A stretch of 64,000 bases of DNA from positions 1 through 64,000 of the forward strand of contig NIVC01003744.1 in the NCBI GenBank assembly GCA_002269645.1, in the 5' to 3' direction. Source of the DNA: Macrostomum lignano. Its lineage: Eukaryota. The position numbers and the translations under genes are program-made. Below, piece after piece: positions 1 through 30,958 of the stretch (position 1 is its first letter; every line of letters begins with the position of its first letter). Below the pieces are notes generated by a model, which saw nothing but the letters and a program-made list of their open reading frames with translations, searched no databases and was not told where the DNA came from.

Positions 1-2
1 GG

Positions 3-290
3 TTTGCTGCCCTCCTTGGCGAGAGAGTCCGCGAGCTCATTGTCCAGGATGTTGCTGTGACCAGGTGTCCAGATAATTCTAATCCTGTTAAGGGCTGAGA
101 AAGATTGCACACTGCGGTGGCATTGAGATAGTGCAGCGGAGATATTCTCAGTGGTTAAGGCCTTAATAGCGGCTTGGCCATCATTGTAATATCGAAGTTA
201 TTAATATTCGCCTGGAGCAGGTGCTGGGCGCACTGCTCAATGCGCAAATTTTAGCTTGGAAAACGAGGTGTTCTCACCGAGGTGCAGACT
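3..290 (-). mobile_element. Degenerate RNase H domain of a non-LTR retrotransposon
   Basis: Hand translation of the minus strand gives YNDGQAAIKAL...IRIIWTPGHSNILDNELADSLAKEGS, which is the RNase H DS and W.PGH...NE.AD.LAK motifs. The upstream VFQA.I part is frameshifted. Confidence 0.8.
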
Positions 291-386
291 TTCCTGGAAA
301 AATTTTCTGTAATAGAAACTAAATCTTCAAAACTGCTTACTTGTCAGCCTACTATTAGTAGCAAACTCGCGCATTAATCCACACAG

Positions 387-555
387 AAGAGCTGGCCAGT
401 TACGTGCGCTACACTCGCAGCCTGGAGTTCTACCAAACCCCTGACTACGCCTTCCTGCGCTCGCTGTTCACCGACCTGATGGCCAAGAACGGCTGGTCCT
501 GGACTGGGACTTCGACTGGCTGTCCCGGCAGAGCGAGAAGCCGGCCTCGGTTTGA
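387..555 (+). CDS. Casein kinase 1 (CK1gamma/gilgamesh-like) terminal coding exon, 1-nt frameshift near 500
   Basis: After acceptor acacag the exon reads [37 protein letters not shown], then in the shifted frame [17 protein letters not shown]. This matches the end of the CK1 kinase domain (Y..Y.R.L.F...PDY..LR.LF...D..FDW). Confidence 0.85.
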
Positions 556-838
556 TGGACTCCGGCAATTTGTCATGTATTTCATTTCAAATACAATTTA
601 TATTTCCTACAGTCGCGGTGCTGCAAAAAAAATCTGTCAACTGCATTTTAGAAAGGAACTTTGATTTTGTAAAAAAAACAGACAAGTTTTTTGTGCCTTG
701 CTTTTTTCATTTGTTTTGGGGCTGTGATCAGCATCTCCCCTTCATCATGAGCGACCAGCATCTCTTTACCATGAATTACAGCAGCTCCTTTTCATCATTA
801 GGGACCATGCAGTATCATTATTTTGCCTGTCACATTAG

Positions 839-910
<72 letters not shown>

Positions 911-971
911 GTGTCTGTCTGTCTGTCTGTCTATCTGTCTGTCTGCCTGTCTGTCTGTCTGTCTGTTTGTG

Positions 972-1002
<31 letters not shown>

Positions 1003-1003
1003 G

Positions 1004-1038
<35 letters not shown>

Positions 1039-1103
1039 GTGTCTGTCTGTCTGTCTGTCTATCTGTCTGTCTGCCTGTCTGTCTGTCTGTCTGTCTGTTT
1101 GTG

Positions 1104-1142
<39 letters not shown>

Positions 1143-1148
1143 GTCTGT
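839..1148. repeat. (TGTC)n microsatellite
   Basis: Direct reading; explains the CLSV ORFs. Confidence 0.98.
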
Positions 1149-1733
1149 ATTTTCTAACTGAATCTGTTTCATTTGCTCTATGAGATTGTCTGTGAACTCA
1201 TTTCCGAACGCTTATATCTACTCTGCGACCAAATGTGCTGGGCGCATTTGGAAATGCAACTTGCGACCTGAAAACTGCAGCTCTAGGAAACTTCGCTATT
1301 ATTTCTAGGATGACGGGAACCGCTCGCTGGCTTTTAGTTTTCGGCTACGGCGGGGCTGAGTTGCGTAGCTTAACAAGGTTTTCATCCCCAGAGGAAAAAT
1401 TATTTTCAACTGCTTCCGTTACTAGGCAAAACAGCTCACCCATCTCACCCCAGGCTCTTCAACTGAAACGGACTGCACACGTTAGTGGACACAATTGGAT
1501 ATGGGCTTATCAGGGCTGCAATATGCTTTATTGTTTCAGTGAGAACTTGCAGGCATGAGTCCTTGGGCCCAGTTATGCCATCTGTCTCGTACACGATGAG
1601 CCCGCGCGTGTCGCATCCCTCCATGTAGCTGTCGCAACGCCCACGTCCTCAAACTATGGTTTGGCAAAATGCATAAAGCAGCTTGCGGAGGCAGAAGCCT
1701 CTCTCAATAGAAAAACATTTCAAAGCGCTGACA

Positions 1734-2435
1734 ATGCAGGCCTCATCAATTCTGCCGCTTCTCTGTTGCTGCATCGCCTTCGGCTACTCGCTGGCCACCA
1801 CTGAGTTCACTTTCATGGGCTGCTTGCAGACAGTGACCCCAGGGACCTTGACGGCCTGGCAGGACACTCCACCATCGGGCCCTACTCAGTGCAGGGTTTG
1901 CTTGTGCCATCCAGCTCGATGACTCTGGGGCTGTGCGACAAAGTCTGCAGCTACGGCAACTTTCACTACTTTGGAACTCAGTATGCAGAAACATGCTTCT
2001 GCAGCAACTTGTACGGCAGGTATGGCTCTGCACCCGGTAGCGACTGCAACATGAACTGCCGTGGCAACGCCTCGCAAATCTGCGGAGGCGCTCATCGAAA
2101 TTCCGTGTACCGTCTGGCCCGCTCTCACCCAGGCAAGTGCAACCCAGCTGAGTGTCTTCTCTAGTGGCTAAAGCCTTTCCAGGATTTTTCTCGCTTATCT
2201 TTCTTTCAGTTGCCAAGCGTTTCAACTCTGCTGACCGGGTCTACCTGAACCTGACCTCTGCCGGGCCGATGTACCGCACCGTGCAGCCCGTCAGGAGCCT
2301 GGCTGACTGTCTGGTTCAATGCGTTGTCAACTGCCAGGCCGTGCTGTTTCACTGGACGCCTGCCACCTGCTGAAATTCGCCGTTCTGCCGCACGAGCTGG
2401 AGACCGTGGCTGGGGAATTCCTCGTTGGCATCTGA
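1734..2435 (+). CDS. Secreted WSC-domain + PAN/Apple-like protein, paralog 1 (exons 1734-2132, 2210-2435; two apparent 1-nt deletions)
   Basis: Signal peptide MQASSILPLLCCCIAFGYSLA; WSC motif MTLGLCDKVC...YFGTQYAETCFC...DCNMNCRGNASQICGG. The 77-nt intron is GC-AG (CAG|GCAAGT...TTTCAG). Exon 2 aligns with the paralog at 30726. Frameshifts near 1825 and 2352. Confidence 0.8.
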
Positions 2436-2444
2436 GGCTCCGGA

Positions 2445-2820
2445 CATGAGAATCGGGCACATGAGAATTGGGGACTTGAGAATCGGGCACATGCGAATCA
2501 GGCACATGAGAATCAGGCACATCAGAATCGGGCACATGAGAATCGGGCACATGCGAATCGGGCACATGAGAATCAGGCACATCAGAATCGGGCACATGAG
2601 AATTGGCGACTTGAGAATCGGGCACATGAGAATCGGCACATGCGAATCGGGCACATGAGAATCAGGCACATCAGAATCGGGCACATGAGAATTGGCGACT
2701 TGAGAATCGGGCACATGAGAATTGGTGACTTGAGAATCGGGCACATGAGAATCGGGTACATGCAAATCGGGCACATGAGAATTGGGGACTTGAGAATCGA
2801 GCACATGAGAATCGGGGACT
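2445..2820. repeat. 15-bp minisatellite (GAGAATCGGGCACAT)n
   Basis: Direct reading; starts 10 nt after the WSC stop codon. Confidence 0.95.
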
Positions 2821-2857
2821 GCATAACCTGCTGCAGGGAGCCTTGTTTGCTTTAGTT

Positions 2858-3262
2858 AACTCTGTGGTTAAGCGCTGTGTTTTCAGAGATTTTTTATATT
2901 CTAAGCCTTTATCTCTGTGGTTAAGCGTTGTTTTTTAGAAATGTTTGATATTTTAAGCCCGTGTTTATCTCTGTGGTTAAGCGTTGTTTTTTAGAAATGT
3001 TTGATATTTTAAGCCCGTGTTTATCTCTGTGGTTAAGCGTTGTTTTTTAGAAATGTTTGATATTTTAAGCCTGTGTTTATCTCTGTGGTTAATCGCTATT
3101 TTTTAGAAATGCCTGATATTTTAAGCCCGTGTTTATCTGTGTGGTTAATCGCTATTTTTTAGAAATGCCTGATATTTTAAGCCCGTGTTTATCTGTGTGG
3201 TGAAGAGCTGTGTTTTCAGAAATTTTAGATATTTTAAGCCCGTGTTTATCTCTGCGGTTAAA
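2858..3262. repeat. 56-bp tandem repeat, about 7 copies
   Basis: Unit TTTATCTCTGTGGTTAAGCG...TTTTAAGCCCGTG recurs at 2964 and 3020 and onward. Confidence 0.92.
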
Positions 3263-3879
3263 TCTGCTGCATGTTTTGAGCCAAAAAGATACGTCACCAA
3301 TAAATTTTCAGACTCAAACTCTGTCACACTTGTCAGGTCTCAGAGCTGATTTAAGCAAGCAGATGAGGGGACCCAGCTGAGCAATCCACCTGCGGAGAAA
3401 TACTGTTTGGGAATTTGGTCCCAGAAAATGGGACAAATTTGCTTCTGATTTGGATGAGTTGTTGGGTTTGGGAGCTGCCACTCTTGAACTGAAAAGAATT
3501 TAGATTTAAAAAATTCAGGCGGATTTTATGTGTACATAATTTCGGATGTTCTGTGAAAATTGCAAATTATGCTGTAAATCAGGTGCAACTCTACAGACTT
3601 GATGATCGGTCAGCATGAATGTTCAAGCTTGAGTTGCTCTCGCATACCCATGAGTTCGAAGCTACTCGTAAATAGCTGTTCAGGGAACACGGAAGACCTG
3701 GAAGACACTTCAGACTCGTTTCCGAAACTGTTCGTCAACATAGGCGGAGAAAAGCTCTCCTCGATAATAAATCCTAATCTAAAAAATTCCTCGATAATAT
3801 CAGAACGTCAGGGCTCGGGTTCGGGGCCTATTTTTCGACATTGACTTCTACTTACTAATCTGATCTATCTATCTAGGAT

Positions 3880-5853
3880 AAGCCAACATGGTCGCAAGTT
3901 CGAGCCCCCAGCCGTCCGCAACGCACACACAAAGCGACGCTGCAGGCAACCCTGGACCAGCGGCCGTTCCTCATCGGCCGGTGCGCGCGACCACCTGACC
4001 TACCGGCTGCTGGATGCTGGCCCACTTGACCCCACTGACTCGACTGACCCACTGGTCTACTGACCCCACTGACTCGACTGACCCACTGGTCTACTGACCC
4101 CACTGACGCACTGACCCACTGGTCTGCCGACACCACTAACCTACTGACACCACTGACCTACTGATACCATTGGCCTACTGACCCACTGGCCTACTGACAC
4201 CACTGGCTCATTGATCCACTAACACCACTGACACCACTGACCCACTGACACCACTGGCCAACTGACGTTACAGACCCACTGACACCAGGGACATCACTCC
4301 CAGGGACAGCACTCATCACCAGGGACTGACACCAGGGACCCACTGACACCACGGACATACTGACACCACTGACCTACTGACACCACTTACCCACTGACAC
4401 CATTGACCCACTGACACCACTGACCCACTGAAACCACTGACACCACTGACCCACTGAAACCACTGACCCACTGAAACCACTGACCCACTGACCCACTGGC
4501 CTACTGAGGCAACTTACCCACTGACTCTGCCACTGACCCACTGAATCCACTGACCTTATTTTCTATCAAGCGGTGTACACACTGGCTAGCGTGAATGCTC
4601 GACAAGTGCCATGCAATATGGCCGTGTGTGCTGAGTCGAACACGGGAACTCACACCCGTGAATGCTCGGGCGAATGTTTGCGCAAGGGCCACGTGAATAT
4701 CTTTGTAGATATTGGTGATTGGTGTCAGTGTAAAACAGCTCCTTAAACATATTCGCATAAGCCTACTAACAGTGGCAGTAGAAGCAAATTGCACGCCAAA
4801 AATTCGATTCCACCCCCTGGACAGGTCGCTTCGGCTGCCACCTGCGTCAGCTGTCCGAGGACTTCAACTTCACCGTCCAACTGCCCGGCCGGTCGTGGAG
4901 GGCGGCTCCGCACCGGCAGGGACTGTGCGGGTACGCGGAGCCCAGCCCAGCCGCCGTGGACCCATACGGTCTGACCCACACTGTCTGACCCACACTGCCT
5001 GACGCACAGTGTCTGACCCACAGTGTCTGACCCACACCGTCTGACCCACACTGCCTGACCCACACTGTCTGACCCACACTGCCTGACCCACACTGCCTGA
5101 CGCACAGTGTCTGACCCACAGTGTCTGACCCACACCATCTGACCTACACTGTCTGACCCATGTTGACCCTCGCAGAATAGGGTCAAATAGTTATAACATC
5201 TCTCCCATTTACCGGTTGTGGACATTAGCTCAGTTATTTGCCTCATCACTGAACTCACATGCCCGCCCTGTGTTCTTCAGAGCACTCTGTTGCCAGCGAG
5301 AACTTCAAGCTCAGTCATTTATAATAAAAAACTTTGGTGACTGCAGGATCGATTTCTTTCGATTTTTTTGTCAAAAAACGTATTTTTCTACTATCTCAGT
5401 AGTGTTTATAGCGTGTATATTACAAAATTCAAACGCTGCTTTACAAGAGCTTCTCCGTTCTGAGCAAAGCATGCAGTGTCATCCAAGTGAGCATCGCTAA
5501 GTACATTAAAAGTACATACTAACCTTCAGATGTGCAGAATCAGTGGCTTCACCTGTACAGAAACAGTCTTTGTACATTGCAGGATTCTTCATCAAGCCAA
5601 AGAAAAAGTTTTGCTAATATTATTATCCAGACCTGGCAGCAATGGCAACCTGCAGTCAGGCGGTTAAAAAACGGGATCTGACACTTTAGTTGAGACGAGT
5701 ATTTAAAAATATGAAGTTAATGCTGCGATAAACACATCACAAATTCCTTCTTTGCGTTTCTTGCACAGGAGAGGGAAAACCGTGGCCGGCTCGGTGCGTG
5801 AGCAACTCGCTGGTGCTCTGGGCGAAACTCTGAAGTTCCTGAACTCGGACTGA
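3880..5853 (+). CDS. Possible KH-domain protein fragments (exons ~3880-3990, 4825-4930, 5769-5853)
   Basis: Exon peptides KATLQATLDQRPFLIG / RFGCHLRQLSEDFNFTVQLP...GLC / GRGKTVAGSVREQLAGALGETLKFLNSD* resemble a KH fold with a hIGxxG loop. Exon 2-3 phases match; exon 1-2 needs an indel. Confidence 0.3.
4020..4545. repeat. Degenerate CTGACCCA/CTGACACCA minisatellite
   Basis: Direct reading. Confidence 0.9.
4968..5160. repeat. 14-bp minisatellite (CTGACCCACACTGT)n
   Basis: Direct reading. Confidence 0.9.
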
Positions 5854-5892
5854 TCTGAAATTGAAAGTGCAGAGACAGATTCTTACAGGCTA

Positions 5893-6735
5893 GCTGACAT
5901 CCTGACAGTCTGACATCCTGACAGTCTGACATCCTGACAGTCTGACATCCTGACAGTCTGACATCCTGACAGTCTGACATCCTGACAGTCTGACATCCTG
6001 ACAGTCTGACATCCTGACAGTCTGACATCCTGACAGTCTGACATCCTGACAGTCTGACATCCTAACAGTCTGACATCCTGACATTCTGACATCATGACAG
6101 TCTGACATCCTGACAGTCTGACATCCTGACAGTCTGACATCCTGACAGTCTGACATCCTGACAGTCTGACATCCTGACAGTCTGACATCCTGACAGTCTG
6201 ACATCCTGACAGTCTGACATCCTGACAATCTTACCTCCTGACAGTCTGACATCCTGACAGGCTGACATCCTGACAGTCTGACATCCTTACAGTCTGACAT
6301 CCTGAAAGTCTGACATCCTGAAAGTCTGACATCCTGACAGTCTGATATCCTGGCAGTCTGATATCCTGACAATCTGACACCCTGACAGTCTGACATCCTG
6401 ACAGTCTGACATCCTGACAGTCTCATATCCTGACAGTCTGATATCCTGACAGTCTGACATCCTGACAGTCTGACATCCTGACAGTCTGACATCCTGACAG
6501 TCTGACATCCTGACAGTCTGACATCCTGACAGTCTGACATCCTGACAGGCTGACATCCTGACAGTCTGACATCCTGACAGTCTGACATCCTGACAGTCTG
6601 ACATCCTGACAGTCTGACATCCTGACAGGCTGACATCCTGACAGTCTGACATCCTGACAGTCTGACATCCTGACAGTCTGACATCCTGACAGTCTGACAT
6701 CCTGACAGTCTGACATCCTGACAGTCTGATATCCT
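5893..6735. repeat. 16-bp minisatellite (CTGACATCCTGACAGT)n
   Basis: Direct reading; about 52 copies. Confidence 0.97.
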
Positions 6736-6850
6736 TACTGTGTATGCGACACTGTCTGATACTATCTTGCTGCTTTCCTGACCGTCTAACTGACACCCTG
6801 ACTCACTTGAGCATGGAAGGCAGGTCATCTCTGATTCCCGTTAGCGGCGG

Positions 6851-24911
<18,061 letters not shown>

Positions 24912-26044
24912 GTAAGACGTCCGGGAAGGAAGACGAGGCATAAGCAAACTCGAACGAATTCCTTTCTGCTGCTGGCAGGCGGTGAGATCAGAGCTGAGTT
25001 AACAGAGGCCTCTCTCCCCCTCCTTATTAAGAGAGGAGTCTGTCCATGACTAGAGGCAGGTGCAAAAATAACAAGCCTTCCAGGCCTCACAAAGACAGCA
25101 CAGAAGAGGGAGCCGGGAAGAAAGACAAGGAGTAGAGGGCAGTGACGTGTTTACGCACGTGTGTCTAGTGGATCTGGCTTGTAGAGGGGAAAGAGCTGCC
25201 CCCGGCTCCACTGCGTCTCCGCCTTATAACCCGGGGGTTCCCTCGCCTCTGCCTCCCCTCCCCAACCCTCCTTTCAGGATTTTTACCCCCCCCCCAAAGC
25301 TTCCCGCAGCCGCTCTGGCGCCTGGGACTCCCTCAGGCTGCCCACACCCACTCAGACGCAGTCTGGCGGCTGCCCCACTGCCATTGGCTGGACACGATGG
25401 GCCTGGTTGAGGCTCGGTGCAGTCCGCGTCGCGTGAATAGAAGCGAATGAGAACAGCGCGAATGACTGAGCCCCCAGCCCGGGCCCAAAGGGTGAATTAT
25501 GTGTGGTTGTAAAACTGCCCCCTCTCAGTTCTCTCCTTCTCTTGACCTCGGGATATCAGTGCTAAAGAGGGCATGGAAGCCTGGTACCTTCGGGGTGCGA
25601 GTTACACATGCAAGCAAATAAGCAAATGTTTGTGCTGCTGTTATATTGCCCCGGCGGGGCAACGCGTGGCTGGGGGCCGCTCTGCTATTTTAAGCTGCAA
25701 TCTTTCAGGGCGTGAGTCAGAGAGAGTCTATAAACAAAGGCCAAAGTTTTGCACCGCGGTCGAGCGAAATAAACTACAATTAGCGAGCTAACAAAGGCAG
25801 GGAGCTGCATGTGGACGCGAACTGCGTGTCCGCTTATGAGATCTCCCTTCATTGTTTGCTCTATCAGAAACCGCTTGCCGGTCCCCACGGTGTCATTTGG
25901 ACCAAGCTTACACGGAGCTTTACAGCTTTGAAAAACTGTCACTTTATCTTGAAAAAGTTTTCCTATTCGATTTACATTCTTACCCTCGTGTGTTCGTTGC
26001 GTCTCCCATGCTTCTATTCCTATTCCTAGTTCCTGATCTCTCCC

Positions 26045-26728
26045 ATGTTCCAATCCCTGCTCATGCGCCAATCCCTGCTCATGCTCCAATCCCTGCTCAT
26101 GCTCCAATCCCTGCTCATGCTCCAATCCCTGCTCATGCTCCAATCCCTGCTCATGCTCCAATCCCTGCTCACGCTCCAATCCCTGCTCATGCTCCAATCC
26201 CTGCTCATGCTCCAATCCCTGCTCATGCTCCAATCCCTGCTCATGCTCCAATCCCTGCTCATGCTCCAATCACTGCTCATGCTCCAATCCCTGCTCATGC
26301 TCCAATCCCTGCTCATGCTCCAATCCCTGCTCATGCTCCAATCTCTGATCATGCTCCAATCCCTGGTTATGCTCCAATCCCTGCTCATGCTCCAATCCCT
26401 GCTCACGCTCCTCTCCCTGCTCACGCTCCAATCCCTGCTCATGCTCCAATCCCTGCTCATGCTCCAATCCCTACTCATGCTCCAATCCCTACTCATGCTC
26501 CAATCCCTGCTCATGCTCCAATCCCTGCTCATGCTCCAATCCCTGCTCATGCTCCAATCCCTGCTCATGCTCCAATCCCTGGTTATGCTCCAATCCCTGC
26601 TCATGCTCCAATCCCTACTCATGCTCCAATCCCTACTCATGCTCCAATCCCTACTCATGCTCCAATCCCTGCTCACGCTACAATCCCTGCTCACGCTCCT
26701 CTCCCTGCCCACGCTACAATCCCTGCTA
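26045..26728. repeat. 18-bp minisatellite (CTCATGCTCCAATCCCTG)n
   Basis: Direct reading; source of the PAHAPI ORF. Confidence 0.96.
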
Positions 26729-29337
26729 CAGCGTGAATCATCCATGTGGGGCTCAGGTGACTGTGCGGATAGTGACGGATTTGGTACAGAAGCGAGCATT
26801 AGTGCTGATTAATTGTCGTCTTTGTTTCTCAAAGCCCTCAATCGTCGTGTCGCTCTTTTTCAACTCATCATGCTTTCGTTTTTTGCACCGCAGCCTCCCG
26901 CTCAGCCTCTTGTCTGCGGGTAATTGCTCCCCAGACAGAGACAAGTGCGGATGAACAGACTGCCGCATGACGGCTTAGTGCTGCCTCCTTGATCCGCTTC
27001 AATGAGGATTAACAACTTTCCTTTGTCCCAGCAGAGCAGCTATTGTATTCCGCACGGGCTGCTTTCATACGCTCACAGAATCCCAACCAGCCGCTCGGCT
27101 CCATCACCCGCTCCTCCCGGCATCCCGGAAGCAGACATTGTTGCAAACTTCAGGGAGGTTTTCAGCCGTCTCGGTAATAAGCGAGTGACTAAGCCTGCAG
27201 CGCTGATTTCAGGCTGCTGATATTTATAGACCTGCATCATTCCGCAGCACCCGATGCCGCTGATAAGAGCAGCGGTTCCGCATAGCAAATGTCACCCGGT
27301 GCGCCAGCCTGTCTGAGGGAGCCCCCGGCCACCCTCCGCCTGCCCAGGTAGCTCTTGAAGCGCGGCGCACAAATCCCCGGCGTGATTGGCGGCCGCGGTC
27401 GCGGCAAATTTACAGATTGCAGTGCCACCGTCAGTTTATCCAAGGCTCCCACTGGCCCTGCCTGCCCTCTCCCCAAACAAGCAGCCCCCGGCAACGTAAA
27501 TCTTTTTACAGTCTCCACTTTCCCAATAATTTCTTCTTTTCTTCCCCCCCAGCCCAGCCTCCCCGCGACTGCAGGTAAATGATGATGATGCATCGCTAGC
27601 TTCCCTCCAAAGCAGCCATTTGCCGTTCATCTTAGAACACTCAGACGAACAACAGCAGCTGCAGCAGCAGCCCAGCTGCCCACCTGAACACCCCGGCTGT
27701 CCGTGCGAGAGTGTAGCTGCTACCAATTATCTAGGATAAATAAATGCGTCATCAATACCAATCATAGACTGAAAGTGAATGCGTATTAAGGCATTTCTTT
27801 GCTAAAGCAAACGAAAACAAAACCAACTAATCTTTGCGTTGGCATTTCTTCCCGACCCGTCAACTGTCATTTCCTCAGCTCTCTAATCAGTTGGTGAAGT
27901 TGCAGGGCAGAGCCTCCATACAGCTGAGTCTACTGAAGGTATTTAAAGTTATAGAAAATCGGGTTCAAAAATCTAAAACTACGAGCTTACGGTTAGCGAC
28001 CTAACATAGGCGACAAACTATTTCCTAAAGCCGAGCTCGTACTCACGCCAGAAGCAATTCCAGACAATTACAGCCGAATGTAACTGAATGCACGCTGTTG
28101 CTGCTCTCATTTGTGGACCAATTACCAGCAATTGCAGTCGGCTGAGATCTCTCAGGCCACTATAGCGGCACTCGGCAAGCATTTCTTGGCGCAGACCGCG
28201 GCGCAAAATCTTGCAACATCTGGCTTTCTGTCCTGCAAACACAGATTTAAGAACTTAGTCGCTCTGGCGTCTTCTGCTCCTCCTCTTATAGAAGAGGTCA
28301 AGAAATTGTCGCCAACCCGTCAGGCCCGCCTCAAGATTTTGCTTTCAGGGTCACAAAAAGAAGACTGGCTAGAGAAAAAAGTAATTGCTTTTTGTGGCTT
28401 TGGGATCGCTGCCCTGCCGGGTCTGGGACATGACATTGTGCACACAGGCCGGGCCGGACTGAATGCATAATAATAATTATGGGAGCGAGCCTTGGGTTGG
28501 GAGTGGGCGGCGCATGAGAACTAAGGAAAAGAATAAGATAAGAACTGGCCATATCTTTCTGGCCAAGGCTGTGTGATGCAATTTATTCAAAGGAACGCAA
28601 GCCTTACATACATGTAAGCTGCGTATCGGTGCTCCTGCGACTGACCCCTTCCCATTCGGCTGAGTCATTGCCAACAATTGTGCTGTAATACATGGCTATG
28701 CATATGTATACACATGTGTAGAGTGCACGGGTCTCGGGCTGAAATGAGATCTCTTTATAGATATTCCGCTACAGCCGTTTAGCAAACCTCTTTGCTAAAT
28801 GGATGCCTCCCGAGTCCAGCATAATTGGATTCGCTCGCTGGAGCTCGCTCAAATCGCTTAGCGAAGTGCTAGCGGAATCCATGCATGTACATTCGGAATT
28901 GAGCGCACAGCATGTCATTAAATGACAGCTATATTGCCATGCATTTGTATATCTGCATCTGCATTTGTGTGAACAACAGTTTTTATCGATTTGAGCCATA
29001 AATCAGCCATCTGTATCATTAAATTTGAAAGCAATAAAATCATGTTGCTAAATGGGTTCTCATGTGTAATAGGCGTGACACGCTTGTCAAATGAAATTAT
29101 TAATTGAAAATTCACTGCATAAGACGCATGTGCCTTGAATTATTTCTTTAAACTTGTATTTTCCCGATCAAAATCTACAGATCATCAAAAAAGTCCAACA
29201 ACTTTAACGAGGAATGCTTAACAATTGATTTATTAATTTTCTCCAAATATTCTCCACACATGAATTCCGGCGGATTTCCCTTAGTGTCCTACTTACAGTA
29301 GTGACGTAATTAGTAGTAACCAATATTTGACTTCTTA

Positions 29338-29440
29338 GCGGCGCCCCTGTCCCTTGGTGGGCGCCCCTGTCCCTTGGTGGGCGCCCCTGTCCCTTGGTGG
29401 GCGCCCCTGTCCCTTGGTGGGCGCCCCTGTCCCTTCCTTG
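29338..29440. repeat. 20-bp repeat (GGGCGCCCCTGTCCCTTGGT) x5
   Basis: Direct reading. Confidence 0.9.
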
Positions 29441-30175
29441 GTGCAAGGACCACTAGGAACACTTCGTTATTGTTTAGTAGTCCTTGTATCGAGTCTTAAA
29501 CCATCTCACCCTAAACCCTAAAATCGAATGACAGATTTTCATTAGCTTTCAACAAGCGTTAAGTCGCCTGTAAAATCTTGCATCTCATGGGCTGATTATT
29601 GTTGAAGAATTTTCATGCGCCATGCAAACTAAGATTCTAAGTAGCTTTGTGGAACAAAAAATCAATTAAACAATAGGGAGGCGAGATGGGTAAGCGAATA
29701 CCCTAAGAATATCCTAGGATATGCCTTGTGCGGCGCTAAACCCAACTCCTCACTCCTCGCGTTTGTTGATCTCAAGCCATAATGGCTCACAGGCAAAGGA
29801 CCCAGCTCACTTCTAATGTTGGAGCACAGGCTCCTACTCCTACTTAAAACAGGGGACTGCTGCAGTCCCTGCCAGTTAGAGCCTCTCTGCTGAGTTTGGC
29901 TTGCCTTTCTCGCCTTTCAATTGTCAGTTTTTTTCTAGCTTCTCCGAAACTACTTGGAATCTATAGCAGCTCCTGGCTTTTGTCTTTCGCACATTGTTCC
30001 CAGGGAGCTCGCTTGAGAACGCAGTGCCGTTCCGCTACAGTGACTGCTGCAGCATCCCCATGCGGCTCAAAGCCTCTTTAACTCAACTTTTTAGAATGAG
30101 ATAAAAAGGAGTCAAGCAGAGACGATCTGGTCGGCTTACTTTGAGCAGCAGTTCGCCACCCAAAACAGTCTGAAA

Positions 30176-30958
30176 ATGTACCTCTCAGGCCCTCTGCTGA
30201 TGCTGCTGTGCGCTCGGCTCTGCTGGGCTGCTGAGTTCGTCTTTGTCGGCTGCTACAGGGATTTCACGGGTGGCGCCAGGGACCTCGGCGGACTGGACGG
30301 CATGTCCTCCATCGGGCCCTACGCGGTAGCTGCAAAAGGCGTGAACAGGGCCGACATGACGCTGCAGCTGTGCAGCCAGATCTGCGAGCTAGGCAACTTC
30401 AAGTACTTCGGTGCGCAATACAGCAGCCACTGCTTCTGTGGAAACTCGTACGGCAGTCAGGGCGGTGCTCCAGTGAGCGACTGCAACATGAACTGCGCTG
30501 GCAACGCTAGCCAGATCTGCGGCTCGGGAAGCCGAAATTCGGTTTACCAGAACTTTTACCTCCGTCCAAGTGAGCAGCGGCAACTATTGTGGCTGAGGGA
30601 TTTGATGGATTTGATGGGTTTGGATGAATTCGGATGGACCCACTTGTGGCCATTTTAGTCTTCTTTGTTTCCCTAAGCCAAACATTGATAATCAACTGCA
30701 CTGAACTGCGTTTTGCTCATTGCAGTCGGCAACAAATTCGTCGAAACTCCCCGCGTCTACCTGAACCCGACCTCATCTGGCGGGCCCTTCTACAGCACCT
30801 TGCAGCCGGCCAGAAGCCTCATCGACTGCCTGCTGAGTTGCGACGCGAGCTGCCAGGCTGTCCTGTTCCACCTGGACACCTGCTACCTGCTGAAACTGCC
30901 GGCTCTGCCGCAGGAGCTGGTCGGCTTTGATGGTGGGAAGTTCGTTGTCCGTGGCTAG
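30176..30958 (+). CDS. Secreted WSC-domain + PAN/Apple-like protein, paralog 2 (exons 30176-30569, 30726-30958), intact
   Basis: Signal peptide MYLSGPLLMLLCARLCWA; WSC motif FVGCYRD...MTLQLCSQIC...YFGAQYSSHCFCGN...DCNMNCAGNASQICGSGSRNSVY; phase-1 GT-AG intron; exon 2 SLIDCLLSCDASCQAVLFHLDTCYL is PAN-like. Confidence 0.9.

Noticed and set aside
3895-3910. GTTCGAGCCC (and GTTCGACTCC near 41803) as tRNA B-boxes
   Set aside because: No A-box or cloverleaf could be built around either.
27566-28230. Possible small exons (plus strand VNDDDASL...NYLG*; minus strand QKARCCKILRRG...LQLL|LHSAVIVWNCFW)
   Set aside because: Splice signals are plausible, but there is no start or recognisable domain, so a gene cannot be supported.
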